IMG/VR virus record: IMGVR_UViG_3300037319_000051
Span: 1-31,637 of that record
Strand: one strand, 5' to 3'
Length of the DNA: 31,637 nt
Source: a virus
Lineage: Duplodnaviria > Caudoviricetes
Shown here: in pieces, positions 1 to 9,137 of the stretch
Position numbering within the stretch: position 1 is the stretch's first letter
Layout: each line of letters opens with the position of its first letter
Made by a program: the position numbers and the translations under genes
The notes under the pieces: generated by a model
Database searches by the model: none
Seen by the model: only the letters and a program-made list of their open reading frames with translations
Told to the model about the DNA's origin: nothing

Positions 1-1515
1 TTGTAACTTTTCAGTGATTGAATTCTTGTAAGCATCTAACGAATCAACTTCTTCGTTTTTAGCAGCTAACTCTCCGTCCTTAGGTTCTCCTAATTCTTTG
101 ATTTCGTCTTCAATTTCTTTTGCTCTGTCTTCAGTTACTTCTTCTTCTTCTCCTTCGTAAGCTTCTTCTTCTTCTCCTGATTCTGATTCTTGAAGAGTCT
201 TAGGCTCTCCTAATTCTTTGATTTCATCTTCAATATCTTCAGATCTGTCTTCAGCTACTACTTCTCCTGCAGCATCTCCTTTACCGTCTAATTCTAAATC
301 ACCTTCAACGTTTTCAACTTCTCCGTCAATTACGTTTCCGTCTGCATCAACTATAGGTTCTGTAACATCAGTTGTATCAGTTTTAATATCTTCAGCTGGA
401 ATTCCTGCTTCATCTTCTACTATTAGATTAGAATTTACAGTTTCAGCAACGTATTCAGCATACTCAGATACTTTTTCTAAGTTTTCTTTTAAGTATTCAA
501 CATACTCTAATAAACTTTCGTGAGTTGTTGCTCCTTCATTATAAGATTCTGCTAAATAATTAGTATACTCTTTAATTTTATCAACACCACCAGCAATATG
601 CTCAGAGTATTGAATTGATTGATCTACCTTTTCAGCTAAGCTTTCTGCGTACTGTATTGATTGATCTGTTTTCTCTGCAACATGCTCTGAGTACTGAATA
701 ACTTGGTCAGTCTTTTCTGCAATATGTTCAGAGTATTGAATAGACTGATCTAGCCTTTCTGCTAAATAAGTAGTATATTCTTTTATCTCTGCTAACTCTG
801 ATTCGTTACCTTTTTCGTTTGCTTCGGTTAGAGATCCCTTAATAGACTTAATTTCTTCAGAAAGATATTTCGAATATTTATTAAAGTCCTCAACAGTGAT
901 GAATTTTGATTCTGCCATTGTTTCTGTTTCTTTATTTTCTATTTTTGTTTCGTTGATTGGTGATGCGCTAGCACCTATTTCATAAATTAATATGTCAGAG
1001 CTATTATCAAATCCGTAAGATTCATTAACTCTTGTTAATTCTGCGTTTGCAAATCCTGGATCAGCAACTAAATCATATGTAAATAGTTGTTTGATTTTTA
1101 CGGTACCATTCTCTTCGACAGCTCCTGCTGCTCTAGATGATATTTGTAAAGGAACACCTGCATCAACTAAAGCTTTAGCTTGTCGACCTGCATCGGTATC
1201 TAATAATCTAATACGTCCTCTGATTTGTTTGTTTTCTTTATCATATGTAAGTTCTTCAATAATATGAGAAACATTCTTTAAAGATACATCAAAGTTAGAA
1301 GGATGATCTAATTCACCTAATAATTTTGAAGATTTGATTTTATCTTGTAACGATTCGATTTGTGGTAAGTACTCTTCTGCAGTATAGATTCTGTTATTTT
1401 TATTCTTTCTATCTAACTCGCCGAAAATACCTTCTAATACGTAAATCCCATTCTCGTTCTTTAAATCTAAACTAGTAGAGGATCTTTCTAAGATTAATAA
1501 GTCTTTTTTGATCAT
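1..1515 (-). CDS. gp21: Prohead protease (T4 gp21-like) fused in frame to an acidic scaffold/prohead-core domain (gp22-like); 3'-partial, runs off the window
   Basis: Absent from the ORF track because no stop falls in the window. Manual translation from ATG 1515 gives MIKKDLLILERS...LEGIFGELDRKNKNNRIY...LGELDHP...VSH...QISSRAAG...YDLVADPGFANA (gp21 motifs), then continues without a stop into Glu-rich helical repeats down to position 1. Confidence 0.9.
   Translation of the reverse strand, partial: MIKKDLLILERSSTSLDLKNENGIYVLEGIFGELDRKNKNNRIYTAEEYLPQIESLQDKIKSSKLLGELDHPSNFDVSLKNVSHIIEELTYDKENKQIRGRIRLLDTDAGRQAKALVDAGVPLQISSRAAGAVEENGTVKIKQLFTYDLVADPGFANAELTRVNESYGFDNSSDILIYEIGASASPINETKIENKETETMAESKFITVEDFNKYSKYLSEEIKSIKGSLTEANEKGNESELAEIKEYTTYLAERLDQSIQYSEHIAEKTDQVIQYSEHVAEKTDQSIQYAESLAEKVDQSIQYSEHIAGGVDKIKEYTNYLAESYNEGATTHESLLEYVEYLKENLEKVSEYAEYVAETVNSNLIVEDEAGIPAEDIKTDTTDVTEPIVDADGNVIDGEVENVEGDLELDGKGDAAGEVVAEDRSEDIEDEIKELGEPKTLQESESGEEEEAYEGEEEEVTEDRAKEIEDEIKELGEPKDGELAAKNEEVDSLDAYKNSITEKLQ
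79..252 (-). repeat. Two 54-nt in-frame repeats (79-132, 199-252) encoding EDRxxxIEDEIKELGEPK
   Basis: Near-identical DNA copies 120 nt apart within the scaffold domain. Confidence 0.85.
595..762 (-). repeat. Four tandem 42-nt (14-aa) coding repeats, consensus AEKxDQSIQYSEHI, with degenerate flanking copies
   Basis: AERLDQSIQYSEHI / AEKTDQVIQYSEHV / AEKTDQSIQYAESL / AEKVDQSIQYSEHI; double-heptad coiled-coil periodicity. Confidence 0.9.
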
Positions 1516-1539
1516 TTTATTATTTTATTATATTTGGAT

Positions 1540-1547
1540 TATATATC
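1540..1547 (-). promoter_or_regulatory. Putative late promoter GATATATA (protease gene)
   Basis: The same 8-mer recurs 23-32 nt upstream of five structural-type genes. Confidence 0.65.
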
Positions 1548-1580
1548 CTCATTAAAAAGTGTCCTTTTTAAAAAGTTTGT

Positions 1581-2222
1581 TTATTTTTCTAATGCTGCAA
1601 TTTCATCTTCAATAGAATCCCCTGAATCTTCATCTCCATCGCCTGTTGGATTTTCTTTTTCTTCTTCTTCTTTTTCTGTTTCTATTGCAGTAACTTCTTC
1701 TACATATTCATTATAATACTTAATCAAAGTAAATATATCAGTCTCTGTAAATGCTCCTTGACCATAAGTCTCGTAAAAGTATTCTATAAATTCGTCTTCA
1801 GTATCAGAACTTACAATAGCTCCAACAATTTCAACTGCTTTAATTTCTTGAGAATCGTCAGTAGTATAGTCATCTACTTTAATATCTGATTCTGGAGTTA
1901 CTTTAACAGCTTCAGATAATACTGAATCAGGCCAACACATTATAGTTGAATCATCGTAAAATGTTATTTCCCATCCTCTATCAGCAACTTGCTTTCTAAA
2001 AGACTTTAATACTCCATTATCAAACTTAGCAGTTGATACGCTTCGATCTATTTGTTTATCACCATCTGATTTACTTAACCAGATTCCTGATTTTTCACCG
2101 TTGAACTCTTCACTTGTTTTCACGAAGTCTCTTCCTTTACTTTTAAACCAAGACATCATGGCTTTTCTGTCTAAAGTCTTTGCTTCATTAACAAACTGTT
2201 CAAATAATTTTACGTATTTCAT
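1581..2222 (-). CDS. Prohead core/internal head protein (gp67/gp68 position)
   Basis: Lies between portal and protease. Likely start MKYVKLFEQFVNE (ATG 2222) resembles the T4 capsid-targeting sequence. Very acidic C-terminus. The ORF-track start at 2249 overlaps the portal gene. Confidence 0.6.
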   Translation of the reverse strand: MKYVKLFEQFVNEAKTLDRKAMMSWFKSKGRDFVKTSEEFNGEKSGIWLSKSDGDKQIDRSVSTAKFDNGVLKSFRKQVADRGWEITFYDDSTIMCWPDSVLSEAVKVTPESDIKVDDYTTDDSQEIKAVEIVGAIVSSDTEDEFIEYFYETYGQGAFTETDIFTLIKYYNEYVEEVTAIETEKEEEEKENPTGDGDEDSGDSIEDEIAALEK

Positions 2223-2238
2223 TTTATTGTTTATAATT

Positions 2239-3834
2239 TTAAATTCCAATATCCATAGGATCTACATCAGGTTCTTCAGCATCTTTAGCTGCTTTACGAG
2301 CTTTATATGCTTCATTTGCTGCTTTATCATCCGGTGTTAGTTTTAAGTAACGGTCTACTAAGAAGTCTTGATCAAAGTATGATGTTTCTTCCATAGTTTC
2401 TGGATCTGTTTCAACTAATGAATCTTTAAGATCTGAAACGAAGTTAATTCTACGTTCCATAATTTCCATGTGTTTAAGTTCTGCAAACATATTCTCTTCA
2501 ATAAATTGTAAAGATATTTGCGTTTTAAAAGCTGGATCATCTGCAAATTCAGGGTATTTAAGACACATTTGAATGTGTAGTGGTTTAACTAATATTTCTT
2601 GGAAAACTGATCTTAGTCTTTTAATAAATTTAGAGAATTTGATTTCATCTCTAATCATACCATCTGCTGCTAAGTTAAAGTCTCCTCCACCGTCTTCATA
2701 CATGAATCTGTTAAATGGAATCTTAGAAACTGCTTTAAGTTTATCTGAGAAATATTTAAGTGCTTCTGTGTCGCTTAATTCAGGACCTTCTCCACCTAAT
2801 GTTTCTATTTCAGGTTGTTCACCGTCTTTAGAAGGTAACCAGTATTCTTTGTTAAATTGTAACATTGGTTTACCGTCAGTATGCATTGTTCCAGATTCCC
2901 AATCGAAATCTACAACTTCTTTATAGTTATTCATTAACTGAGCTAAAGATTGTTTTGCTCTAGTTTTAGATTTACCACCAACTGGTATAATGAATTTCAT
3001 TCTGTAAGATGAATTAGTAACAGCCCAAATAACTCTGGTGTGTTCCATAATTCTCATTAAGTTAAAAGACCTTACAAGACGTTCTAAGTAACTAACTCTA
3101 GATGCTGTGGTAATAGATGAATAAGAGATATAAATGATCTGAGCGTCATACAGCGTTCTCTCCTTGATAGGATCGTCTTTGAATTGAGTCCAAACTTTCT
3201 TCTTATCTTCTGCGTTATATCCGGGTACTAATGTAATTGGATCTATTTCTTTAAAACCTATAATCTCAGTTTGATCTGGATTGTATATGATCTCAAATGA
3301 TAAATAACCATCTACTAAGAATTTTCTAAAATAATACCATGCTGATTGATCTTGTGTAAAACCAAAGTATTGGTAAATATTTCTAAATGATTTATTAAGG
3401 TATTTAGTTACATCTTCCGAAACATCCATTCCTATTATTTCAGGATTTACGAAAAAGTTTTTGTTATCATAAACAATAGACTCATCACAAAGGATATCTA
3501 GTATGTCTTCAATTTCGTCATACGTTGAAAATGCTCTTAGTTCATCACGTTTACCTTCATATGCTTTATCAAAGAATGGAATATTCTTTCGCATGTTAGT
3601 ATCTGCCATTGATAGTGCGGCAAAAGCGCCATACATATCATCACTGTCTAATCCCATTTGGTTCATCTGACCAAACCCTATCTCATCTTCCATCGGTCCA
3701 ATCGCTTGTGATTGTCTAAGTACTAGATCATCATAAAACATACCAAAAGAAGATAACTTCTTAAGTGAGTCTTTTAATGTGAACGATTTCTTATTGTAAC
3801 TTAAAGGGCCATTTCTGTCTACGAATCCTGCCAT
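2239..3834 (-). CDS. gp20: Portal protein (T4 gp20-like)
   Basis: 531 aa; motifs YFRKFLVDG, SYLERL, EYWLPSKDG-EIETLGG, YFSDKL-KIPFNR, IRDEIKFSKFIKRLR. Confidence 0.95.
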   Translation of the reverse strand: MAGFVDRNGPLSYNKKSFTLKDSLKKLSSFGMFYDDLVLRQSQAIGPMEDEIGFGQMNQMGLDSDDMYGAFAALSMADTNMRKNIPFFDKAYEGKRDELRAFSTYDEIEDILDILCDESIVYDNKNFFVNPEIIGMDVSEDVTKYLNKSFRNIYQYFGFTQDQSAWYYFRKFLVDGYLSFEIIYNPDQTEIIGFKEIDPITLVPGYNAEDKKKVWTQFKDDPIKERTLYDAQIIYISYSSITTASRVSYLERLVRSFNLMRIMEHTRVIWAVTNSSYRMKFIIPVGGKSKTRAKQSLAQLMNNYKEVVDFDWESGTMHTDGKPMLQFNKEYWLPSKDGEQPEIETLGGEGPELSDTEALKYFSDKLKAVSKIPFNRFMYEDGGGDFNLAADGMIRDEIKFSKFIKRLRSVFQEILVKPLHIQMCLKYPEFADDPAFKTQISLQFIEENMFAELKHMEIMERRINFVSDLKDSLVETDPETMEETSYFDQDFLVDRYLKLTPDDKAANEAYKARKAAKDAEEPDVDPMDIGI

Positions 3835-3858
3835 AGTTATTACTTTATTATATTTGTT

Positions 3859-3866
3859 TATATATT
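3859..3866 (-). promoter_or_regulatory. Putative late promoter AATATATA (portal gene)
   Basis: One-mismatch copy of GATATATA, 25 nt upstream of the portal ATG. Confidence 0.55.
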
Positions 3867-3875
3867 CTGTTTTTA

Positions 3876-4460
3876 TTAGCTGAAAAACATTCTTCTAATT
3901 TGTGTCACTGTTGTCCCGTTTAATTTAATAAAATCACATAAAGCGATTTCCGGCCACTTAGTATAGCTAATAACACTTTGTCTTGATTTTCCTACTTGAG
4001 TATATTGTCTAATTGCAAAATCATATCCAAATCTCTTTAGATACGATGATATTCCTTCGTACGTTATTCTTAAAGGAGCTTGTCTTAATGCGTTATCAGC
4101 TCTTTTACCTGATGTTGCGTTATTGATTTGACCTTCCATCCTATTATAAAGGTCATCTAATAGATTTTCTTTAATGTCAACCGGTAATAAATTTAAATTA
4201 ATACCTAGATCGTTGTCACCTTTGTGTTCTATTGCTAAAACAACAGGCTTTCTATCAAACCAAGGAAGATCCTTTGTTATAGGTGCATAATTAAATACAT
4301 ATATCTTTCCAGGTTCAAATCTATTTCTTGTTTGCTGTACTTCATTTAAAGATCTAGATGTTTCGCCTTCTTTAAACCATTTCTCAGATGCAGTTCTAGC
4401 TTTTTTCTTGCTACCTGCATCCTTGATTAATTGCTTTATAGTTTTCTTAACGTAACCCAT
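3876..4460 (-). CDS. gp2: DNA end protector protein (T4 gp2-like)
   Basis: PGKIYVFNYAP..DLPWFDRKP..GINLNLLP matches the gp2 family pattern; adjacent to gp4 as in T4-like phages. Confidence 0.8.
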   Translation of the reverse strand: MGYVKKTIKQLIKDAGSKKKARTASEKWFKEGETSRSLNEVQQTRNRFEPGKIYVFNYAPITKDLPWFDRKPVVLAIEHKGDNDLGINLNLLPVDIKENLLDDLYNRMEGQINNATSGKRADNALRQAPLRITYEGISSYLKRFGYDFAIRQYTQVGKSRQSVISYTKWPEIALCDFIKLNGTTVTQIRRMFFS

Positions 4461-4935
4461 TTAATATAGTATCTTCTGTTAGCACAATGAATTTGTAATT
4501 TCTTCCATCACAGAACTCTTTGGCTGCATTATATTTATCCATATTTTTAACGTACTGTTCTGCAAGGAACTTATAGGATTCTAATGCTTTCTTAGATTGT
4601 TTTTTTGGAGGTTGCGGCTTAGTTATCTGATTCTTTGGTTTAATTTCAACAATGTATTCTAACGATGTACCGTCAGGTTGTATTTGTTTAAAGTAAAAGT
4701 CTGGATAGTATTTATGAGCCTTTGAATCTTGTCTTGACCAATATTTAATTTCAACAGGTTCACTAGACCACTTTAATACTTTATCATTATTATCACACCA
4801 TATACAAAACTTACGTTCCCATGAACTCCTATATATTATTGGAGTTGGTCCTACGTATTTTTCAGGAAACACAGGTACATAATACCCTTGACTGAATCCT
4901 GAGTTTTTAGTTGGTTTAAGATTTTTTATTGACAT
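4447..4935 (-). CDS. gp4: Head completion nuclease (T4 gp4-like, TnsA-type PD-(D/E)xK)
   Basis: IIYRSSWERKF, WSSE, YYPDF, VEIKP, KFIVLTE motifs. Confidence 0.9.
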   Translation of the reverse strand: MSIKNLKPTKNSGFSQGYYVPVFPEKYVGPTPIIYRSSWERKFCIWCDNNDKVLKWSSEPVEIKYWSRQDSKAHKYYPDFYFKQIQPDGTSLEYIVEIKPKNQITKPQPPKKQSKKALESYKFLAEQYVKNMDKYNAAKEFCDGRNYKFIVLTEDTILNGLR

Positions 4936-5303
4936 TAAATTGTGTAGATACCAGAACCTTCACCGTCTGAGTTTCCTCCTATAGATATAGTTCCTTTGTA
5001 TTTTTGAGGGTGGATCTTATTCCATCCTTTAGCATATCCTCTCTTTGCAATTTCTGTAAAGTATGCAAAAGCATTAGGATATTTAGGGTTAAAGTTTCTC
5101 CAATATTTAAGAAGATCTAACATAGCGAATTGTAGGCAATCATTACGATCATCATCACTTACGTATCTCATCTTATTGATAGTTTTTTCTGCTAAAAGAA
5201 TTAACATCTTTTCTGCAGTCTTAGTTAGTACATCGGCATCTTTCGAGAGAACCATCTCAGCGTAGAAGTCTTTGTTATTTAGATAATTTTTTTTACGAGC
5301 CAA
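4935..5303 (-). CDS. gp55: Late-transcription sigma factor (T4 gp55-like), short form
   Basis: NYLNNKDF and NFNPKYPNAFAYFTEIA motifs. Start reassigned to TTG 5303 (MARKKNYLNN), because the ORF-track extension crosses a terminator and a promoter. Confidence 0.85.
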   Translation of the reverse strand: MARKKNYLNNKDFYAEMVLSKDADVLTKTAEKMLILLAEKTINKMRYVSDDDRNDCLQFAMLDLLKYWRNFNPKYPNAFAYFTEIAKRGYAKGWNKIHPQKYKGTISIGGNSDGEGSGIYTI

Positions 5304-5329
5304 ATTAATTGATTTTTGTTTGTTTAAAC

Positions 5330-5357
5330 TTATACACTTAATTGTAGTTTTGTTTCT
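5330..5357 (-). promoter_or_regulatory. Putative pre-replicative promoter AGAAAC-N17-TATAA (gp55)
   Basis: One of five copies with an exact 17-nt spacer. Confidence 0.7.
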
Positions 5358-5362
5358 AAAAT

Positions 5363-5388
5363 AAAAAAGAGACCGGTTAGGGTCTCTC
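5363..5388 (-). terminator. Intrinsic terminator after the 250-aa gene
   Basis: Minus strand reads GAGACC-CTAACC-GGTCTC followed by TTTTTT. Confidence 0.8.
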
Positions 5389-5409
5389 TTCATGTGTTGT
5401 TAAACAGTG

Positions 5410-6162
5410 TTATGCTTGTAATTCTGAAATCTTAGTTTCCCAAGTTGTAATTTCTTCATTGATTAAAGAATCTGCAGCTTTTATTTCTGGAATTGACTTA
5501 TCAGCTTCAGCTAATAAACCTCTTTGGTCTTTTAAGAATGCAACCATATCTTGATATGATTTTATTGTTGCTTCGTTTTGAGCTATTTCTTGTGCTTGTC
5601 CAGTAACTAATTCATTTAAGAATGTTGCTGCTGATAAACCAGTTTGCTCTGTTACGAAATCTACTGCTGCATTTGCGTTAGTAGCTTCGAAGAACTTAGC
5701 TATTTTGTTAGAAGTGTTAAATCTAGAAACATAAACTTTTTCTTCGATTTTAAATAAGTTAACAATATTGTTTTTACCTTCAAAAGTTGCTGCAAAGTCT
5801 AAAGATACGAAATTATCTATCATTGCTGGTAGAGATTCGAATAAATTTGCAGTTGCTCTGTTTTCATATCTTACTAATCCTGCAGATAATACGTGCTTTG
5901 TGAAGTTTTCAATAACTACATCTCCTTCTGAGAATGTGTTTTCTGTTAAACTATAAGTAAATTTAGAAGCTCCATGGAACCACTTTATTGTATTTGTAGA
6001 AAACTCAAAAGATTCAAATGCTGCAATTGCTTCAGCTAAATGAGATTCAATAGATTCTGTTTCTGTTATAATATTGTTATTCATTTCAAAAACTCTACCG
6101 TTAACGTAGAATTTAAATGAATTTTCAGTTTTTACAAATGGGGCTAAAATATTAGTCGTCAT
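5410..6162 (-). CDS. Hypothetical late protein with C-terminal coiled coil
   Basis: 250-aa ORF with its own GATATATA promoter and terminator; no family recognised. Confidence 0.75.
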   Translation of the reverse strand: MTTNILAPFVKTENSFKFYVNGRVFEMNNNIITETESIESHLAEAIAAFESFEFSTNTIKWFHGASKFTYSLTENTFSEGDVVIENFTKHVLSAGLVRYENRATANLFESLPAMIDNFVSLDFAATFEGKNNIVNLFKIEEKVYVSRFNTSNKIAKFFEATNANAAVDFVTEQTGLSAATFLNELVTGQAQEIAQNEATIKSYQDMVAFLKDQRGLLAEADKSIPEIKAADSLINEEITTWETKISELQA

Positions 6163-6189
6163 GTTAAATTTGTTTTTATTTTTATTTAG

Positions 6190-6197
6190 TATATATC
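6190..6197 (-). promoter_or_regulatory. Putative late promoter GATATATA
   Basis: 28 nt upstream of ATG 6162. Confidence 0.65.
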
Positions 6198-6223
6198 TTT
6201 GTTATTTAGTGTCTATTCAATAG

Positions 6224-7429
6224 TTAAACGCAAAATGCCCATGGACTGTTTGTCGGATTAAATGGTATTGTGTTACCTTCTTCATTTAAAATACCTATCA
6301 TTCTAATATAAGTATCGTCTAATGCAGATATTCCTTTAGATAAAGAATCTACAGTAAATCTATAATTAGGTTCATATAATTGTATATCTCCTAATGGATT
6401 CGTTAGTAATGATTTTGAATTATATCCTACCAATCCATCTAATGTACCTTGTGCTTTTATTCTACCTACCGTATTTGGTAATTCAAAAGCATGCGGTTGT
6501 TCAAGTAACCTGTCATCAAAAGAAAATGTAGATCCATTTCTTAAAGTTACAGTTATAATGTGTAATACTCCAGTAGGATCTGGATTATCTCCTGCAGATC
6601 TACTCATTGGCAATCTAACCAAACATCCTGTATGTTTCGGTATGCTTATTTTACCTCCTCCGCTTGATTCTATAATCGATGATCCTATATCTCCTGTTGC
6701 AGGTACTATGTTGGAATTAATAACATACATTCTATTTCCAGAATGTCTTTCACTTTCAAAATCAAATGAAGGTATTGAGGTATTAATTTCTATTGGAAAT
6801 GTAATTTTGTATTTGTCTTTATCCTCGAATGTAAAATCTATAGGTCTTTGTATCTCATAATCATCTGGCATTGAGTATTGTGAATTTAATCTATATGTCG
6901 CTTCGTTTAAATGACCAACCTCGATGTTAAAACTATTTGATTTATACAGCTCCTTGATAATCATCTCGGTTATCTTTAAGGCATCCAATGTAGAACTGAT
7001 TAATATTTCAATATCTACGCCAAGTGTGATAGGAATCATCTCAAACTCAGTTGAGTAACCTTCCATGGCTCCATCTGAGTTTAACTTAGTATAAGTTCCC
7101 ATATTTCTTTTATTAATTAACTTTCCAGAGTCTATTGACATACCTGTTAAATTAACTACTCCTCTAGGAACAACATCGTAGTTTCCATCAGCAAATGCCA
7201 TATCTGGATGACAGTCTGCTCCTGAAGGTGTTGTAAATAAGAAATTATCTCTTAAGAACTGATCATCACCTGTTATTGAATAATAGAATGGAATATCAAT
7301 AGCAACTCTATCTTTCTCGTTTAATTGTCGATAAAAATAAACCTTATTATTTAAGTCAGCTAATAAGCCGATAAGAACGTGTCTTATTACGCTATCGTCC
7401 GAATTAAACCGCTGGTTGTATGATGCCAT
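6224..7429 (-). CDS. Tail sheath stabilizer/terminator (T4 gp15-like) with C-terminal extension
   Basis: N-terminal ~240 aa (IRHVLIGLL..IDIPFYY..VPRGVV..PITLGVDIEI) resemble gp15-family proteins. An extra ~150-aa domain follows a Gly/Ser linker. Late promoter upstream. Confidence 0.6.
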   Translation of the reverse strand: MASYNQRFNSDDSVIRHVLIGLLADLNNKVYFYRQLNEKDRVAIDIPFYYSITGDDQFLRDNFLFTTPSGADCHPDMAFADGNYDVVPRGVVNLTGMSIDSGKLINKRNMGTYTKLNSDGAMEGYSTEFEMIPITLGVDIEILISSTLDALKITEMIIKELYKSNSFNIEVGHLNEATYRLNSQYSMPDDYEIQRPIDFTFEDKDKYKITFPIEINTSIPSFDFESERHSGNRMYVINSNIVPATGDIGSSIIESSGGGKISIPKHTGCLVRLPMSRSAGDNPDPTGVLHIITVTLRNGSTFSFDDRLLEQPHAFELPNTVGRIKAQGTLDGLVGYNSKSLLTNPLGDIQLYEPNYRFTVDSLSKGISALDDTYIRMIGILNEEGNTIPFNPTNSPWAFCV

Positions 7430-7451
7430 ATTGTCTTTTAATTATTTTGTT

Positions 7452-7459
7452 TATATATC
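7452..7459 (-). promoter_or_regulatory. Putative late promoter GATATATA
   Basis: 23 nt upstream of ATG 7429. Confidence 0.65.
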
Positions 7460-7463
7460 TATA

Positions 7464-9137
7464 TTAATCTGTTGATGTTATTTCAAACTTTGAAAACCCA
7501 TTCTCTTTATATATGTTTATTTCTTTATCAAATAATTCTCTTGGAAGTTGTGAGTGGTTTATAACGAATGCATTAATTTTACTTTCTTTCATTACTTGAC
7601 TTAATATTTTTAAAATATTATGTACGCCATCAGGATCTACAGAACTTAATAACTCATCTAAGAACAGCAAGTTTAATTGTGGAAATCTTAACTTAAGTAT
7701 TTTTATAATTGCAATGATAATAATAAAATCTGCTTTCTTACGTTCTCCTGTCGAAAGTGTAAGTGGATTAATCTCTTCACCTAAATGATTAATAATACAA
7801 TTAAACTTTTCATCAAACCTTATGTGGAATGAAAGGTGCATTGTTGCCGCCATTGCCGCTATGTTTGTATTTAATCCTGGTAGTATTGTTTTAACTGCAA
7901 GATTCTTAACACCATCTTCTCCTAAAATTTCTTCAAGGTTTTCTAGAAAGTAATATTCACTATTAACTATTGATTTGGTTTTTGTCTTTTCTGTTTCCTG
8001 TACTTCAAATCCATCTATTAAAGATTGCATGTGTGCAAAACTATCTCCATTATTTAAAGAATCTTTAATTTTTATTAGTTCTCCTTTAAGATTTCTAATA
8101 TTTGTGTTTATAGTTGAAACTTTGTCTCTAACTGCTCTATCTTTTCTTTGAAGCTCTTGCGTTTGCTTTTCTATATCTACAACCTTTGCCTTTTCTATGT
8201 TAATTTGAGAAGGTAGCTGTTTTACTTTTATTTCTATCTCTAATTTACGATCAGTATGAAATTCTGTTGATAGTTCACCTTCACAAGTAGGACATGAATT
8301 TTCTTCATACAAGCTTAATTTCTTATGGAGAGCCGCTAACTCATATACTAGTTGTGTTTTTTCATCTTGAGCTGATTTAAGGTTTGTTGAAACATTTCCT
8401 AAGCTTGATGAAATCATAACTTGAGCGTCTTCTAGTTTAGTTTTATTGGAAGTATATCTAATAAGTGAGGTCTTGAGCTCTTGGATTCTAGCTTTGTCTT
8501 TTTGATTAGATTCAGCCATCAACTCATTCAGTTTCATATTCACAGAAGTAATATTGTTGTTTAATTGCGTAAGTTCTCTTTCGTAAACATCAATATCAAC
8601 CTTTAAACCTTTACGTTCTTCTTTAATGTTTTGTTGCATTTCATTAAGAATAGAGAAACCAAACATTCTATCGATAATTTGCTTTTTATCGTTATTAGTC
8701 ATTGTTAAAAATGATTTAAAATCATTAACTGATAATATGATAATGTTCTTAAATACGTGATATGGAATTCCGAATATTTCTTCTTCTAAATACTCTTGAA
8801 CAGATCTCTTACCTGCTTTATCAAATTCTATACCATTAAGTTTAACTTCGAATTTGCCAGGAGCAAGTCCTCTCTCTATCGAGACATCAGTTGTTTTACA
8901 TTTTAAATTTATCTTTACCCACAACTCTTTATTAATACGATTAGGAAGGTCTGCCATCTTGACTCCTTCTACTTTCCCATATAACGCAAAAACAATCGCG
9001 TTAGCAATAGTTGTTTTTCCGTGTCCATTCTTTCCAAGTGTTAGAAATAATTCTGAAATATCTTTTTCAAATTCTAAACGCTGAATTGAATTACCGTAAC
9101 TTGCAAAGTTTTTAAATTCTATTGACTCTATTCTCAT
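7464..9137 (-). CDS. gp46: Recombination ATPase, gp46/SbcC/Rad50-like
   Basis: Walker A GKNGHGKTT, zinc hook CPTC, signature LSTGE, Walker B LLFLDE. Start MRIESIEFKNF at 9137 forms an ATGA overlap with gp47. Confidence 0.95.
   Translation of the reverse strand: MRIESIEFKNFASYGNSIQRLEFEKDISELFLTLGKNGHGKTTIANAIVFALYGKVEGVKMADLPNRINKELWVKINLKCKTTDVSIERGLAPGKFEVKLNGIEFDKAGKRSVQEYLEEEIFGIPYHVFKNIIILSVNDFKSFLTMTNNDKKQIIDRMFGFSILNEMQQNIKEERKGLKVDIDVYERELTQLNNNITSVNMKLNELMAESNQKDKARIQELKTSLIRYTSNKTKLEDAQVMISSSLGNVSTNLKSAQDEKTQLVYELAALHKKLSLYEENSCPTCEGELSTEFHTDRKLEIEIKVKQLPSQINIEKAKVVDIEKQTQELQRKDRAVRDKVSTINTNIRNLKGELIKIKDSLNNGDSFAHMQSLIDGFEVQETEKTKTKSIVNSEYYFLENLEEILGEDGVKNLAVKTILPGLNTNIAAMAATMHLSFHIRFDEKFNCIINHLGEEINPLTLSTGERKKADFIIIIAIIKILKLRFPQLNLLFLDELLSSVDPDGVHNILKILSQVMKESKINAFVINHSQLPRELFDKEINIYKENGFSKFEITSTD

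Noticed and set aside
595-762. 42-nt periodic repeats as a possible CRISPR array
   Set aside because: They are contiguous in-frame repeats varying at synonymous positions, with no unique spacers and no cas genes.
4447-4935. TnsA-like nuclease as evidence of a Tn7 transposon or homing element
   Set aside because: Sequence and position beside gp2 match the T4 gp4 head-completion protein; no other transposon genes or ends are present.
5304-5393. N-terminal extensions given by the ORF track for gp55 (also 9138-9164 for gp46, 22409-22474 for the DUF6378-like gene, 2223-2249 for the core protein)
   Set aside because: The extensions run through terminators or promoters, or overlap upstream genes; the downstream starts match family N-termini.
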